64,000 bases of DNA from Flavobacteriales bacterium (GTDB lineage: Bacteria; Bacteroidota; Bacteroidia; Flavobacteriales_F; PHOS-HE28), in assembly GCA_039933875.1 (NCBI GenBank), contig JBDTNF010000016.1, positions 1,522 to 65,521 on the forward strand. Direction: 5' to 3'. The position numbers and the translations under genes were made by a program. Shown here piece by piece: positions 17,706-27,373 of this stretch (its first letter is position 1; every line of letters begins with the position of its first letter). A model generated the notes under the pieces. The model had not been told where the DNA came from and made no database searches. It saw only the letters and a program-made list of their open reading frames with translations.

Positions 17706-18410
17706 CTAGGGTGTCCCGACCGGCAAGCGCTCCTGCCACGCCTGTTGCAAGGCGCCGAGGAAGTGGTCTGCGTGTTGCGCACCACTCACCGCGTAGCGAC
17801 GGTCGAGCACGAAGAAGGGCACACCGCTTATACCCAGCTGCCGGGCCTCCCGCTCGTCCAGGCGCACGGCATCGGTGAGATCCATGCCAGCGAGCAGCGT
17901 CCGCACTTCGGCTTCCGCCAGGCCGATGTCCGTACCGAGACGCACCAGCGTACCGGCATCGGCGATGTTGGCACCTTCGATGAAGTACGCCTTGAACAAA
18001 CGCTCTTCGGCGGCATCGCCCAAGCCGTGTGTCTTGGCGAGTTGGATCAGTCGGTGCGCATCGAACGAGTTGGCGATCACGGTGGCGTCCATGTCATAGC
18101 TAAGCCCGAGCGATGCTGCCCGCTCCACCACGCCGCGCACGCGATCGCGTGCCTGCTCGATGCTCATGCCGTATTTGTGGGCGAGCATCTGGTAGGTGTT
18201 CATATCGCTGCGCGACGGGGCCTTGGGGTCCAACTCGAAGCTCTTCCAAGTCACGCGCACACGGTCCTTATGGGGAAAACGCTCCAGCGCGTTCTCGAAC
18301 TCGCGCTTGCCGATGTAGCAGAAGGGGCAGGCCACATCGCTCCAGATCTCGACGGCAAGGGGTTGTTCGCTGGCTTCACTGGCTTCGATGGGCGTTGGCA
18401 CGTTCGTCAT
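17706..18410 (-). CDS. DsbA-family (FrnE-like) thiol oxidoreductase
   Basis: Thioredoxin-fold active site 'WSDVACPFCYIGK' and C-terminal 'GVPFFVLDRRYAVSGAQ'. Start chosen at MTNVPTPIE. Confidence 0.85.
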   Translation of the reverse strand: MTNVPTPIEASEASEQPLAVEIWSDVACPFCYIGKREFENALERFPHKDRVRVTWKSFELDPKAPSRSDMNTYQMLAHKYGMSIEQARDRVRGVVERAASLGLSYDMDATVIANSFDAHRLIQLAKTHGLGDAAEERLFKAYFIEGANIADAGTLVRLGTDIGLAEAEVRTLLAGMDLTDAVRLDEREARQLGISGVPFFVLDRRYAVSGAQHADHFLGALQQAWQERLPVGTP

Positions 18411-18454
18411 AGGGTACAAAGGTCCGGCGCGTGGAGTAACGAGGGACATCCACA

Positions 18455-18483
18455 GGAAACATTTTCACACTTAAAGTGTTTCC
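18455..18483. promoter_or_regulatory. Candidate TetR operator (overlapping inverted repeats)
   Basis: GGAAACA (18455-18461) / TGTTTCC (18477-18483), overlapping the 11-bp palindrome CACTTAAAGTG (18468-18478). It sits in the divergent spacer just upstream of the -7 box of the tetR-efflux operon. Confidence 0.3.
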
Positions 18484-18500
18484 GATGTGTTAATCGTCAT

Positions 18501-18508
18501 TACGTTTG
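18501..18508 (+). promoter_or_regulatory. Bacteroidota-type -7 promoter box (TAnnTTTG)
   Basis: TACGTTTG lies 44 nt upstream of the tetR ATG. No clean -33 TTG was seen. Confidence 0.4.
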
Positions 18509-18551
18509 CGCCCCCGAAAGCCGAGGTGGCATTTCGGAGCCGACCTGAACC

Positions 18552-19223
18552 ATGGCCAACGACAAACTGAACCCGACCGACCAGCCCGGCCTAGAGCCGA
18601 TGGATGAACGCGGTCGGCGCATCCTGGAGGAAAGCGCCAAGGTCTTCTGGAAACTGGGCATCAAGAGCGTGACGATGGACGACGTGGCCACGCGCCTGGG
18701 GATCTCCAAGAAGACCCTCTACCAGTACGTCACCGACAAGAACGACCTGGTGGACCGTGTGCTGAAGTACCTGAGCGTATGCTACAAGTGCGACATCGAC
18801 GCGGTGCGCGCACGGGAGAAACAGAACGCGATCGACGAGCTGTACGCGGTGACCACCACGGTGGCCGGACAACTCGAAGGCATCCATCCCTCGATCCACT
18901 TCGATCTTGAGAAGTACCACCCCGAGGCCTTCCACAACATGGTGGACGGTAAGCGCAAGGAGATCTTCTCCTGCATGACGGAGAACATGGCCAAGGGGAT
19001 CGCCGAGGGGCTGTACCGAGAGGACTTGAACATCCCGATGATCGCGACGATCTACATCGCGCGCTTCGACATGGTGTTCGATGGGAAGTTGTTCCCGCCG
19101 GACCGCTTCAGCATGAACGACCTGCACTGGGAGATCTTCAAGTACCATGTGCGCGGCATCGCGAGCAAAAAGGGACTGGACTACCTGGAGAAGAAGATGA
19201 CCAAAGAACGTGTGAACGCATGA
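18552..19223 (+). CDS. TetR/AcrR-family transcriptional regulator
   Basis: N-terminal helix-turn-helix 'GIKSVTMDDVATRLGISKKTLYQYV'. It is the first gene of the efflux operon, and its stop overlaps the next start (ATGA at 19220-19223). Confidence 0.9.
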   Translation: MANDKLNPTDQPGLEPMDERGRRILEESAKVFWKLGIKSVTMDDVATRLGISKKTLYQYVTDKNDLVDRVLKYLSVCYKCDIDAVRAREKQNAIDELYAVTTTVAGQLEGIHPSIHFDLEKYHPEAFHNMVDGKRKEIFSCMTENMAKGIAEGLYREDLNIPMIATIYIARFDMVFDGKLFPPDRFSMNDLHWEIFKYHVRGIASKKGLDYLEKKMTKERVNA

Positions 19224-20545
19224 AGAGCCTGTTGACCATACTGTGCACCGCGGCCGTGTTGTCCGCGAGCGCGCAAGGCCCCGTGAGCCTGACCCTGAAG
19301 GAGGCCATGGACCGTGCCGCCCAATACAACTACGTGGTGCAGAACAGCACCCTGGAAGCCGAGAAGGCGTCCAAGCGCATCAAGGAGACCCTGGCGATCG
19401 GCCTTCCACAGATCGATGCGAGCGGGAGCCTGAACAACTACATCGATGTGCCCACGCAGGTGATCCCCAACTTCTTCGGCGAAGGCCCTTCGGTGGTGCC
19501 GGTGCAGTTCGGCCTGCCCTGGAACGCAACAGGCAGCATCCAGCTGTCGCAGTTGATCTTCAACGGGTCGTACATCGTCGGGGTGCAGGCCACCAAGAAG
19601 TTGCAACAGCAGAGCGATGAGCAGTTGGAACAGAACGTGACCGCAGCGCGCATTGCCGCCGCCAAATCCTACTACGCCGTACTGGCCGCCATGGAAGGCC
19701 GTCGCCTGCTCGCCGAATCCGTTCCGCTCCTGGAGAAGAACGTGAACGAAAGCACGGCCATGGAGCAGGCCGGTTTCATGGAGAACACCGATGTGGACCG
19801 CCTGCGCATCGAACTCACGACCCTCCAGGACAACCTGGCGGTGTTCGAGCGACAGGAACAACTGGCGCGCAACTACCTGCTCTTCGCCCTTGGCCTGCCC
19901 AGCGGCACCCCGGTGCAACTCACCGATGACCTCGACGTGCTGCTCGCCGACCCGAACGAGACCGCCCTTATCGGCGCCGCGTTCGACCTGAACACGCACA
20001 TCGACCACCAGCTCGCCACCACGGTGATGGGCGTGCAGGAACTCAGCCTCAAGAACGGGAAGAGCGCCTACCTGCCATCGATGAACGGCTTCATCAGTCA
20101 CTCGCAGCAGGCTTACAGCCAGGAGTTCGATTTCTTCGGCAGCAACGGCGCATGGTACCCAGCCACCATGTGGGGCTTGAGCCTGAACGTGCCCATTTTC
20201 AGCAGCGGCATACGCCATTACAAAGTGGCGCAGGAAAAGATCGCGTTGGAGCAAACACAAGTGAACCTTACCGCCACCGATGAGCGGCTCCGCCTGGAAT
20301 ACGCGCAGCGCCGATCCGACGCCCAGACCGCCGAGCAGTTGTTCGCCAGCCAGAAGGACCGCCTGGAATTGCAGAAGCGCGTCTTCGAACGCACCTCGGT
20401 GAAATTCACCAACGGTGTGGCGAGCAGTTTCGAACTCACCCAGGAGCAGAGCAACTACCTGCAGGCGCAGCAGGATTACATCCAGCGCGTGGTGAACCTG
20501 GTGCAAGCCCGCACCGAACTGCGCAAAGCACTCGATCTCTATTGA
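19220..20545 (+). CDS. TolC-family outer-membrane efflux protein
   Basis: Signal peptide, a two-fold repeated OEP architecture, and operon context with the MFP and RND genes. Confidence 0.9.
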   Translation: MKSLLTILCTAAVLSASAQGPVSLTLKEAMDRAAQYNYVVQNSTLEAEKASKRIKETLAIGLPQIDASGSLNNYIDVPTQVIPNFFGEGPSVVPVQFGLPWNATGSIQLSQLIFNGSYIVGVQATKKLQQQSDEQLEQNVTAARIAAAKSYYAVLAAMEGRRLLAESVPLLEKNVNESTAMEQAGFMENTDVDRLRIELTTLQDNLAVFERQEQLARNYLLFALGLPSGTPVQLTDDLDVLLADPNETALIGAAFDLNTHIDHQLATTVMGVQELSLKNGKSAYLPSMNGFISHSQQAYSQEFDFFGSNGAWYPATMWGLSLNVPIFSSGIRHYKVAQEKIALEQTQVNLTATDERLRLEYAQRRSDAQTAEQLFASQKDRLELQKRVFERTSVKFTNGVASSFELTQEQSNYLQAQQDYIQRVVNLVQARTELRKALDLY

Positions 20546-20561
20546 ACCTCCTACCGAACAC

Positions 20562-21728
20562 GTGATGAAGAACACGATCCTGTTTACAATGACCGCGGTC
20601 CTCCTGGCCGCATGCGGTGCCACCACCGCTGGCTCCGAATCAGTGCTCAAGAAGCGCGCGGAACGCGACTCCTTGAAAACCGCTTACGCCGAGATCGGCG
20701 TGAAGATCAAGGAAGCCGAGGAATGGCTCACAGAGAACGACACGAGCTTGAAGCGCAACCTGCCGACGGTGACGGCGCTCGAACTGAAAGTGGGTCGCTA
20801 TGCCCACTTCGTGGACGTGCATGGCAGCGTGCGGGCGGACAAGGCCGCCACACTGTACTCCATGGGTGGGGGGCGCGTGCGCTCCATCCAGGTGAGCGCT
20901 GGCGACCGTGTGAGCGCCGGCGACTTGTTGGTGGGCATGGACAGCGACGTGATCCAGAAGCAGATCGCACAGGCTGAGACCGGTGCCGAACTCGCGCGTA
21001 CCACGTTCGAGAAGCAGGACCGCCTCTGGCAACAGAAGATCGGCAGCGAGATGCAATACCTCCAGGCCAAGACCCAGAAGGAACAGGCCGAAGCGGGTGT
21101 CGCCGCATTGCGGGAACAACTACGCCTCACCAATGTGACCGCGCCCTTCTCAGGCACCGTGGATGAAGTGATGGTGCGCCTGGGCGACATGACGGCGCCT
21201 GGTCTTCCCGTGGCGCGCGTGGTGGACCTGAGCGGTGTGCAGCTCGAGGCCGATGTGCCCGAGGGCTACGTGAAGAGCGTGGTGACCGGCGCACCGGTGA
21301 AGGTCTCCTTCCCCAGCATCGGGGAGTCCTTCGATGCCCAGCTTGCCCACGTCGGTGAATTCATCGACCCCACGAACCGCACGTTCAAGATCACCGTGCG
21401 CGTGCCGAAGGACGAAGCCTACATGCGGCCCAACCTGCTCAGCGACCTGAGCATCCAGGACGCAAGTAGCGACAGCGCTATCGTGGTGCCGAGCCGCACG
21501 CTGTTGGAGGATGTCGACGGCAACAACTATCTCTTCGTGCTCGACGCCACGAAGGATGATGAGGCGAAAGCCCGCAAGGTGATGGTGAAGCGCCTGAGCG
21601 AATACAAAGGCGACGCCAGCATCGCACCCGTTGAAGCCGGTGCGCTCAAGGGCGGTGAGATGATCGTGGACGAAGGCGCCAAAAACGTGACGGGTGGACA
21701 GACCGTCCGCGTCGCACCCAAACACTGA
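20562..21728 (+). CDS. Efflux RND periplasmic adaptor (membrane fusion protein, HlyD family)
   Basis: Lipoprotein signal 'LLAACG', a coiled-coil hairpin, lipoyl-like 'GGRVRSIQVSAGDRVSAGDLLV', and a position between the TolC and RND genes. Confidence 0.9.
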   Translation: MMKNTILFTMTAVLLAACGATTAGSESVLKKRAERDSLKTAYAEIGVKIKEAEEWLTENDTSLKRNLPTVTALELKVGRYAHFVDVHGSVRADKAATLYSMGGGRVRSIQVSAGDRVSAGDLLVGMDSDVIQKQIAQAETGAELARTTFEKQDRLWQQKIGSEMQYLQAKTQKEQAEAGVAALREQLRLTNVTAPFSGTVDEVMVRLGDMTAPGLPVARVVDLSGVQLEADVPEGYVKSVVTGAPVKVSFPSIGESFDAQLAHVGEFIDPTNRTFKITVRVPKDEAYMRPNLLSDLSIQDASSDSAIVVPSRTLLEDVDGNNYLFVLDATKDDEAKARKVMVKRLSEYKGDASIAPVEAGALKGGEMIVDEGAKNVTGGQTVRVAPKH

Positions 21729-21736
21729 CCCGAGCC

Positions 21737-24700
21737 ATGCAAGTGAACGATATCGAGAACGACCTGCACGACGGGCCTGAACGCCAGTTCGGGATCACGA
21801 CATGGGCGGTGAACAACCGCACCACCGTGATCGTGCTCACGGTGCTGATCTGTGTGCTGGGCATCTACTCCTACATGGTGATGCCCAAGGAGAGCTTCCC
21901 CGAGGTGGTGACGCCTGAAGTGTTCGTGGGCACGGCCTACAACAGCAGCTCGGTGGTCGACATCGAGAAACTGATCACCAAGCCGATCGAGAAGGAACTC
22001 AAATCGATCAGCGGGATCGACGTGATCAAGAGCACCAGCGTGCCGAACTACAGCGCCATCGACGTGAAGTTCAACTACAACGTGACGCCCACGGAGGCGC
22101 TGCGCAAGGTGAAGGACGCGGTGGACAAGGCGCGTGGTGACAAGAACTTCCCGACCGACCTGCCCCAGGAACCGAACGTGGTGGAGCTGAACTTCTCGGA
22201 GCTCACGCCGGTGATGAACATCAACCTGAGCGGCGACTATCCGATGACGCAGTTGCATTCGTACGCGAAGCACCTGCAGGACCGGATCGAGGCGTTGCCC
22301 GAGATCAACAAGGTGGAGATCCGCGGCGTGCCTGAACGTGAGATGCGGGTCAGCATCGACCTCGGCCAGCTCGAAGCACTGCAGATGAACTTCGGTGATG
22401 TGGCCCAAGCGCTGCAAACCGAGAACCTGACCATGAGCGGCGGTGAACTGCTGGTGGGCGATCAGCGCCGCGCTGTGCGCGTGATCGGCGAGTTCAAGAA
22501 CGTGGAGCAGGTGCGCGACATCGTGGTGAAGAACGAGAAGATGCGGGAAGTACGCCTTGGCGATATCGCCGAGGTGGCGTTCGCCTACAAGGAGGCCGAG
22601 AGCTTCTCCCGCGAATACGGGAAGCCGGTCGTGATGCTCGATGTGTTCAAACGCGCGGGTGAGAACCTGCTCACCGCGAGCGACGGCATCAACTCGATCC
22701 TCGCGGAGGACAAAGGGCGTGTGCTGCCCGAGGACCTCACCATCACCATGACCGGTGACCAGAGCGATAACACGCGCACCAGCGTCGATGAGTTGATGAA
22801 CCACATCGTGCTCGGCGTGATCCTGGTCGTGGGTGTGCTCATGCTTTTCCTCGGCCTGCGCAACGCGGCCTTCGTGGGTCTTGCGATCCCGATGAGCATG
22901 TTCATCTCCTTCACCCTCCTCAACGCATTCGGCGTCACGCTGAACATCATGGTGCTGTTCGCCCTCATCCTCGCCCTCGGCCGCCTGGTGGACGATGGCA
23001 TCGTGATCGTGGAGAACATCTACCGCCACATGAGCAACGGTGAACCGGCCGCCCGGGCGACCCGACTTGCCGTGGGCGAAGTGACCATGCCCATCATCGC
23101 GGCCACCACGGCGACGGTGATGGTGTTCGTGCCACTGCTCTTCTGGCCCGGCATCATGGGCGCGTTCATGAAGTTCCTGCCCATCACGTTCATGATCGCG
23201 CTGGGATCATCGCTCTTCGTGGCGCTCGTGGTGAACCCCGCACTGGCCTCCAAATTCATGAAGATCGAGAAGAGCACGCCGAACATGCGCAAGACCTGGC
23301 GACTCGCGGGCATCCTGATGATCATCGGCACAGTGATCGCGGTGCTTGGATCGAGCGCGAAGTCCTCGGGCCTTTTCGGTCTGGGCACGCTCACGCTCTT
23401 CCTCGGCCTCCTGGTGGTGGCGAACGCCAAGTGGATCGAACCCGCGACGGACTGGTTCCAGAACACCTGGCTGCCGCGCATCGAGTCGCGCTACGAAGGC
23501 TTCCTGCGTTACGCGCTGGACCGACACCACCCACGCACGTTCCTGATCGGGACGTTCGCGCTGCTCATCACAGCGTTCGTTCTCATCTTCAAAGTCTTCC
23601 CACCTAAGACCCTGTTCTTCCCGGAGAACGAACCGCAGTTCGTCAACGCCTTCATCGAAGCGCCCATCGGCACCGACATCCTCAAGACCGATAGCATCGC
23701 CCGCATCGTGGAGAAGCAAGTGATGAAAGTGATCAACGCACCGGAGTACATGGAAGCGCGCGAAACGACGATGCCCGATGGCACCGTGCGCAAGGATAGC
23801 GTCAACTACCTGGTGAAATCCGTGATCGCTCAAGTGGGGCGTGGTACGAGCGACCCGGGCAGCGGTGAACAGGAAACAAGCGCCACCCCGCACAAGGCCC
23901 GTATCCAGGTGACCTTCGTGAAGTTCTCCGATCGACATGGTAAAAAGACCAACGCCGTGCTCGAAGCGCTCCAGAAGGGTGTCACCGGCTACCCGGGCGT
24001 GATCGTCACCGTGGCGAAGAACGCAGCGGGTCCTCCCACCGGAAAACCGATCAACCTGGAGATCAGCGGGGACGAGATCGAAGGCCTGCTGGCCGAGGCC
24101 GAGCGTGCCAAGACGTTCATCGAAAGCCGCAACGTGCCGGGTGTCGAGGCGTTGCGCCTGGACATCGACCGGGCCAAACCGGAGATGCCGATCGTGATCG
24201 ACCGCGCGAAGGCCCGCCGGTTGAACGTGAGCACCTATGCCATCGCCGATGCGATCCGCACCGCGCTGTTCGGCAAGGAGGTGAGCACCTACCGCATCGA
24301 CGGTGACGACGATGACTACGAGATCAACGTGCGCCTGAAGGATGACTACCGCTACGACGCGCAGAAGCTGATGGACATGAAGATCACCTTCCGCGACATG
24401 CTCTCCGGGCAGATCCGGCAGGTGCCCATCAGCGCCGTGGCCAAGGATGAACGCAGTACCACCTTCAGCGCCATCAAACGCAAGGACCTGAAACGGGTGG
24501 TGAGCGTGAGCAGCAACGTGATCGCAGGCTACAACAACACCGAAGTGGTGCAGCAGATCAAGGACGAGATGGACAGCGGATTCAAGCTTGGTGACGCCTA
24601 TACCATGCGCTTCACCGGTGAGCAGGAGGACCAGGCCAAGGACATGGGCTTCCTCATGAGCGCCTTCATGGTGGCCCTCTTCGTGGTGTTCCTCATCATC

Positions 24701-25348
24701 GTGGCGCAGTTCAACAGCATCAGCTTCCCCGTGGTGGTGATGAGCACGGTGGTCTTCAGTACCATCGGCGTGTTCCTCGGCCTCGTGGTGTTCCGTATGG
24801 AGTTCGTGGTGCTCATGACCATGCTGGGGATCATCTCCCTGATCGGTGTGGTGGTGAACAACGCGATCGTGCTCATGGACTTCGCACGCCTGCTCTTCGC
24901 GCGCACCGGTCGCAAGCTGGGCCTGGACGCGGATGCCATTATCCCCAACCACGAAAGCCGCGAAGCATTGGTCATCGCCGGCAAGACACGTCTGCGACCC
25001 GTGCTGCTCACGGCGGTTACCGCCGTGCTCGGCCTGCTGCCGCTGGCGATCGGGCTCAACTTCAACTTCTTCACGTTGTTCAGCGAGCTCGATGCGCACA
25101 TCCACATGGGCGGTGACAACACGATCTTCTGGAGTCCGCTTAGCTGGGCGGTCATCTTCGGGTTGACGTTCGCCACCTTCCTCACGCTCATCATGGTGCC
25201 GGTCATGCTGCTGATCATCCAGAAGATCAAGCACCGTCGCGCCTGGAAGCGTTCACTGGTGGCTGCGAACGATGCCAGTGCTATGGGCACCGCAGGTCGC
25301 AACACGCTCCGCACGGGCCCGATCGATATCGGCCCTGCGACGGCCTAG
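21737..25348 (+). CDS. Efflux RND permease (AcrB/AcrD/AcrF family)
   Basis: 1203 aa with a 12-TM arrangement and two large periplasmic loops. Typical blocks 'LALGRLVDDGIVIVENI' and 'IGVVVNNAIVLMDF'. Confidence 0.95.
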   Translation: MQVNDIENDLHDGPERQFGITTWAVNNRTTVIVLTVLICVLGIYSYMVMPKESFPEVVTPEVFVGTAYNSSSVVDIEKLITKPIEKELKSISGIDVIKSTSVPNYSAIDVKFNYNVTPTEALRKVKDAVDKARGDKNFPTDLPQEPNVVELNFSELTPVMNINLSGDYPMTQLHSYAKHLQDRIEALPEINKVEIRGVPEREMRVSIDLGQLEALQMNFGDVAQALQTENLTMSGGELLVGDQRRAVRVIGEFKNVEQVRDIVVKNEKMREVRLGDIAEVAFAYKEAESFSREYGKPVVMLDVFKRAGENLLTASDGINSILAEDKGRVLPEDLTITMTGDQSDNTRTSVDELMNHIVLGVILVVGVLMLFLGLRNAAFVGLAIPMSMFISFTLLNAFGVTLNIMVLFALILALGRLVDDGIVIVENIYRHMSNGEPAARATRLAVGEVTMPIIAATTATVMVFVPLLFWPGIMGAFMKFLPITFMIALGSSLFVALVVNPALASKFMKIEKSTPNMRKTWRLAGILMIIGTVIAVLGSSAKSSGLFGLGTLTLFLGLLVVANAKWIEPATDWFQNTWLPRIESRYEGFLRYALDRHHPRTFLIGTFALLITAFVLIFKVFPPKTLFFPENEPQFVNAFIEAPIGTDILKTDSIARIVEKQVMKVINAPEYMEARETTMPDGTVRKDSVNYLVKSVIAQVGRGTSDPGSGEQETSATPHKARIQVTFVKFSDRHGKKTNAVLEALQKGVTGYPGVIVTVAKNAAGPPTGKPINLEISGDEIEGLLAEAERAKTFIESRNVPGVEALRLDIDRAKPEMPIVIDRAKARRLNVSTYAIADAIRTALFGKEVSTYRIDGDDDDYEINVRLKDDYRYDAQKLMDMKITFRDMLSGQIRQVPISAVAKDERSTTFSAIKRKDLKRVVSVSSNVIAGYNNTEVVQQIKDEMDSGFKLGDAYTMRFTGEQEDQAKDMGFLMSAFMVALFVVFLIIVAQFNSISFPVVVMSTVVFSTIGVFLGLVVFRMEFVVLMTMLGIISLIGVVVNNAIVLMDFARLLFARTGRKLGLDADAIIPNHESREALVIAGKTRLRPVLLTAVTAVLGLLPLAIGLNFNFFTLFSELDAHIHMGGDNTIFWSPLSWAVIFGLTFATFLTLIMVPVMLLIIQKIKHRRAWKRSLVAANDASAMGTAGRNTLRTGPIDIGPATA

Positions 25349-25372
25349 GACGATCCCAGATCGCTTATCGAC

Positions 25373-25410
25373 AAGGGCGCTCACCACACGGTGAGCGCCC
25401 TTCTTGTTTT
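25373..25410 (+). terminator. Intrinsic terminator of the efflux operon
   Basis: 13-bp stem AAGGGCGCTCACC / GGTGAGCGCCCTT with loop ACAC, followed by CTTGTTTT. Confidence 0.75.
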
Positions 25411-25481
25411 CCGGTCCATCGGCTGACGGAAATGGTGGATCCGCGGATCCATCATCATATTTGCTTAAACACCGACGGAGC

Positions 25482-25883
25482 ATGGCACCAGAACCCACCC
25501 GGACGATCCACCAGGAACCGGCCACCAGCGGGAAGGCGCGGGTGCCGTATGGCGAACGGATGACGCTCAAGATCGGAGTGGGACAACAGGGCCAGACCGG
25601 TGGCTCCAAGGTCGTACTCAATGGCAAGGTGCTGTATGAAGGGATCGACCCCGCCGATGTTCCGCTCGGCCTGATCGATGATCTCGATGGTGCGTCGGTG
25701 CACATCACCACCACGGTGACGGACCTGAGCAACACGCACAACAACATCAACCGGAAGCTGGAAGTGGTCTCCGGAACACCCGCGGTGCAACGCTACCTCG
25801 ACGAACGGACGAAGACCGTACCCAACAATGGCGATAGCGTGGTGTACGATGATTTCATTTCACTCGTCGCGGTGCTGCCATGA
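25482..25883 (+). CDS. Hypothetical small protein with no signal peptide
   Basis: Part of ORF 25404..25883. Start uncertain: ATG 25482, preceded 19 nt upstream by the near-consensus -7 box CATATTTG, or ATG 25560 (MTLKIGVG...). Its stop overlaps the next gene's start (ATGA at 25880-25883). I recognise no family. Confidence 0.5.
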   Translation: MAPEPTRTIHQEPATSGKARVPYGERMTLKIGVGQQGQTGGSKVVLNGKVLYEGIDPADVPLGLIDDLDGASVHITTTVTDLSNTHNNINRKLEVVSGTPAVQRYLDERTKTVPNNGDSVVYDDFISLVAVLP

Positions 25884-27244
25884 GGTTACGCGCCGCACTT
25901 TTCCATGGCGCGCTATCGCTGACGACGGTGCTTCAGGCACAACTGGACACGACGACGATCAGCCTCGACGTGCTGCACGCGCCGAGTTCTCCGGGATCGG
26001 TGCTCTTGGGAATGGCGCAGAACGAGATCGAGCGACCGACGGACGCCACCGACTTCATGTTGTCGCTCCGGCAAGCCACCGGGGAGTTCACGGCGTTGCC
26101 GAACAACTATTCCGCTGAGTTCGCACCAGGCCTCTTCGCACAGCCGAACCTGACGGCGCGCAACATGCTTGGCCTGGCGAACATTCCCGGCACAGGGCGG
26201 ACCACCGCCGCACCCACCTGGGGACAACGGTTCCTGCAGAGCACCGTTGCCTCGCTCGCGGTGAAGGACCTGTTCCAGTCGCAGGACACTTCGACATCCG
26301 CGATGCCTCAGACCGCGTTCGGCCTGAAATTCTCACTGTGCCAGGGTCGGCCAAGCAAAGCGACGCTGGACACACTCGCCGCTGTGGAGGCCGCCATCCG
26401 CAGGTACACCAGTGCGGTGAGTGATTCCGTCGAGAAGCGGCTTGCCACGGACACGGTCATCCAGCGCATCAATGCGCGCATGGAGGGGATCAGGATCGAG
26501 AAGAAGCGCATCGCCGGTGAACTCCAGATCCTTCGCGGAAGCCTGGCACAAAGCGCGGACAGTGCTGCGCGCATATCCATCCGGTTCCAGCTGATCCAGG
26601 AGCGTGCGGATTTTCAGGCACTGCTGGATGAACAAGCACAACTTGACGAAACGCGCCGCGTACGACAACGGGAGATATCGGACGAAGTACGCGCCGACCG
26701 CGCACTGGCCGAGCAGGATGCCGCGCGGTTGATGGATGCCGTGGAGCACTTCAAGATCAAGCGGGTCGGGTTCAAGTGCGATCTGGCGGGAGGGCTGGTG
26801 CTCGGCTTTGAGGAGCATCGCCTCGATCAAAGCCGAATGACCAAGGCCGGAGGGTGGATCACCGCGGGATGGGAGACCGAGAAGAACATCGGGATCTTCT
26901 TCCTGACCCGTTTCATGGTCAACCCCGATAATGTGTTCGTCAACGAAGCGGGCACATTGGCCATGGCTGAGATCCACAACCTGGACGTGGGCGCACGCCT
27001 TGCTTTCGATCCGGGACGGAGCAACCTCACTTTTAGTGCCGAGGCGGTCTACCGGCAGGTGCAGGCCGATCTCGGTATCGAACCCAACTGGCGGTTTGTG
27101 ACCAATGCGGAGTACGACCTGCGCGCGAACCGCAAGCTCGCGCTGAGCTTCGGCAAGAACTTCGACGGGCTCGTGACGAAGGATGGCAACCTGATCACCG
27201 CAATCAACCTGCTCCTTGGCTTCGGCAGTACACGCAAGCTTTAA
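25880..27244 (+). CDS. Hypothetical secreted/outer-membrane protein with a central coiled coil and beta-rich C-terminus
   Basis: Signal peptide 'ALSLTTVLQAQ'. A charged heptad-like segment of about 130 aa (AAVEAAIRRY...AVEHFKIKR) is followed by alternating-hydrophobic strands (GGLVLGF, GWITAGW, GIFFLTRF, NLTFSAEAVY, KLALSFG). No family recognised. Confidence 0.7.
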   Translation: MRLRAALFHGALSLTTVLQAQLDTTTISLDVLHAPSSPGSVLLGMAQNEIERPTDATDFMLSLRQATGEFTALPNNYSAEFAPGLFAQPNLTARNMLGLANIPGTGRTTAAPTWGQRFLQSTVASLAVKDLFQSQDTSTSAMPQTAFGLKFSLCQGRPSKATLDTLAAVEAAIRRYTSAVSDSVEKRLATDTVIQRINARMEGIRIEKKRIAGELQILRGSLAQSADSAARISIRFQLIQERADFQALLDEQAQLDETRRVRQREISDEVRADRALAEQDAARLMDAVEHFKIKRVGFKCDLAGGLVLGFEEHRLDQSRMTKAGGWITAGWETEKNIGIFFLTRFMVNPDNVFVNEAGTLAMAEIHNLDVGARLAFDPGRSNLTFSAEAVYRQVQADLGIEPNWRFVTNAEYDLRANRKLALSFGKNFDGLVTKDGNLITAINLLLGFGSTRKL

Positions 27245-27296
27245 CGGGCGCAGCAGACGCTTATGGTCGGCAGTGCACTGGACCTTGCACAACGTG

Positions 27297-27324
27297 GGAA
27301 CGGCACCCCGAGGGATGCCGTTCC
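27297..27324. terminator. Hairpin between convergent genes
   Basis: 9-bp stem GGAACGGCA / TGCCGTTCC around a 10-nt loop, between the stops at 27244 (+) and 27374 (-). No T-run. Confidence 0.45.
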
Positions 27325-27373
27325 GGTCTCGACATTGGCACTTCCACCAAAGTGACAGGTCGAAAGTCGTTGT

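Noticed and set aside
23207-25234. Very long antisense ORFs opposite well-supported genes (for example 23207..25234, 21527..23029, 19181..20650, 10988..12583, 32170..33492, 40194..41636, 52534..54036, 60882..62648, 62852..63856)
   Set aside because: All lie opposite genes with clear family motifs (RND, TolC, M36, TonB-dependent receptor, PPK1, T9SS cargo, HAAO). They have low-complexity H/R/G/D/E composition and no recognisable domains. Stop-codon depletion in GC-rich sequence explains them.
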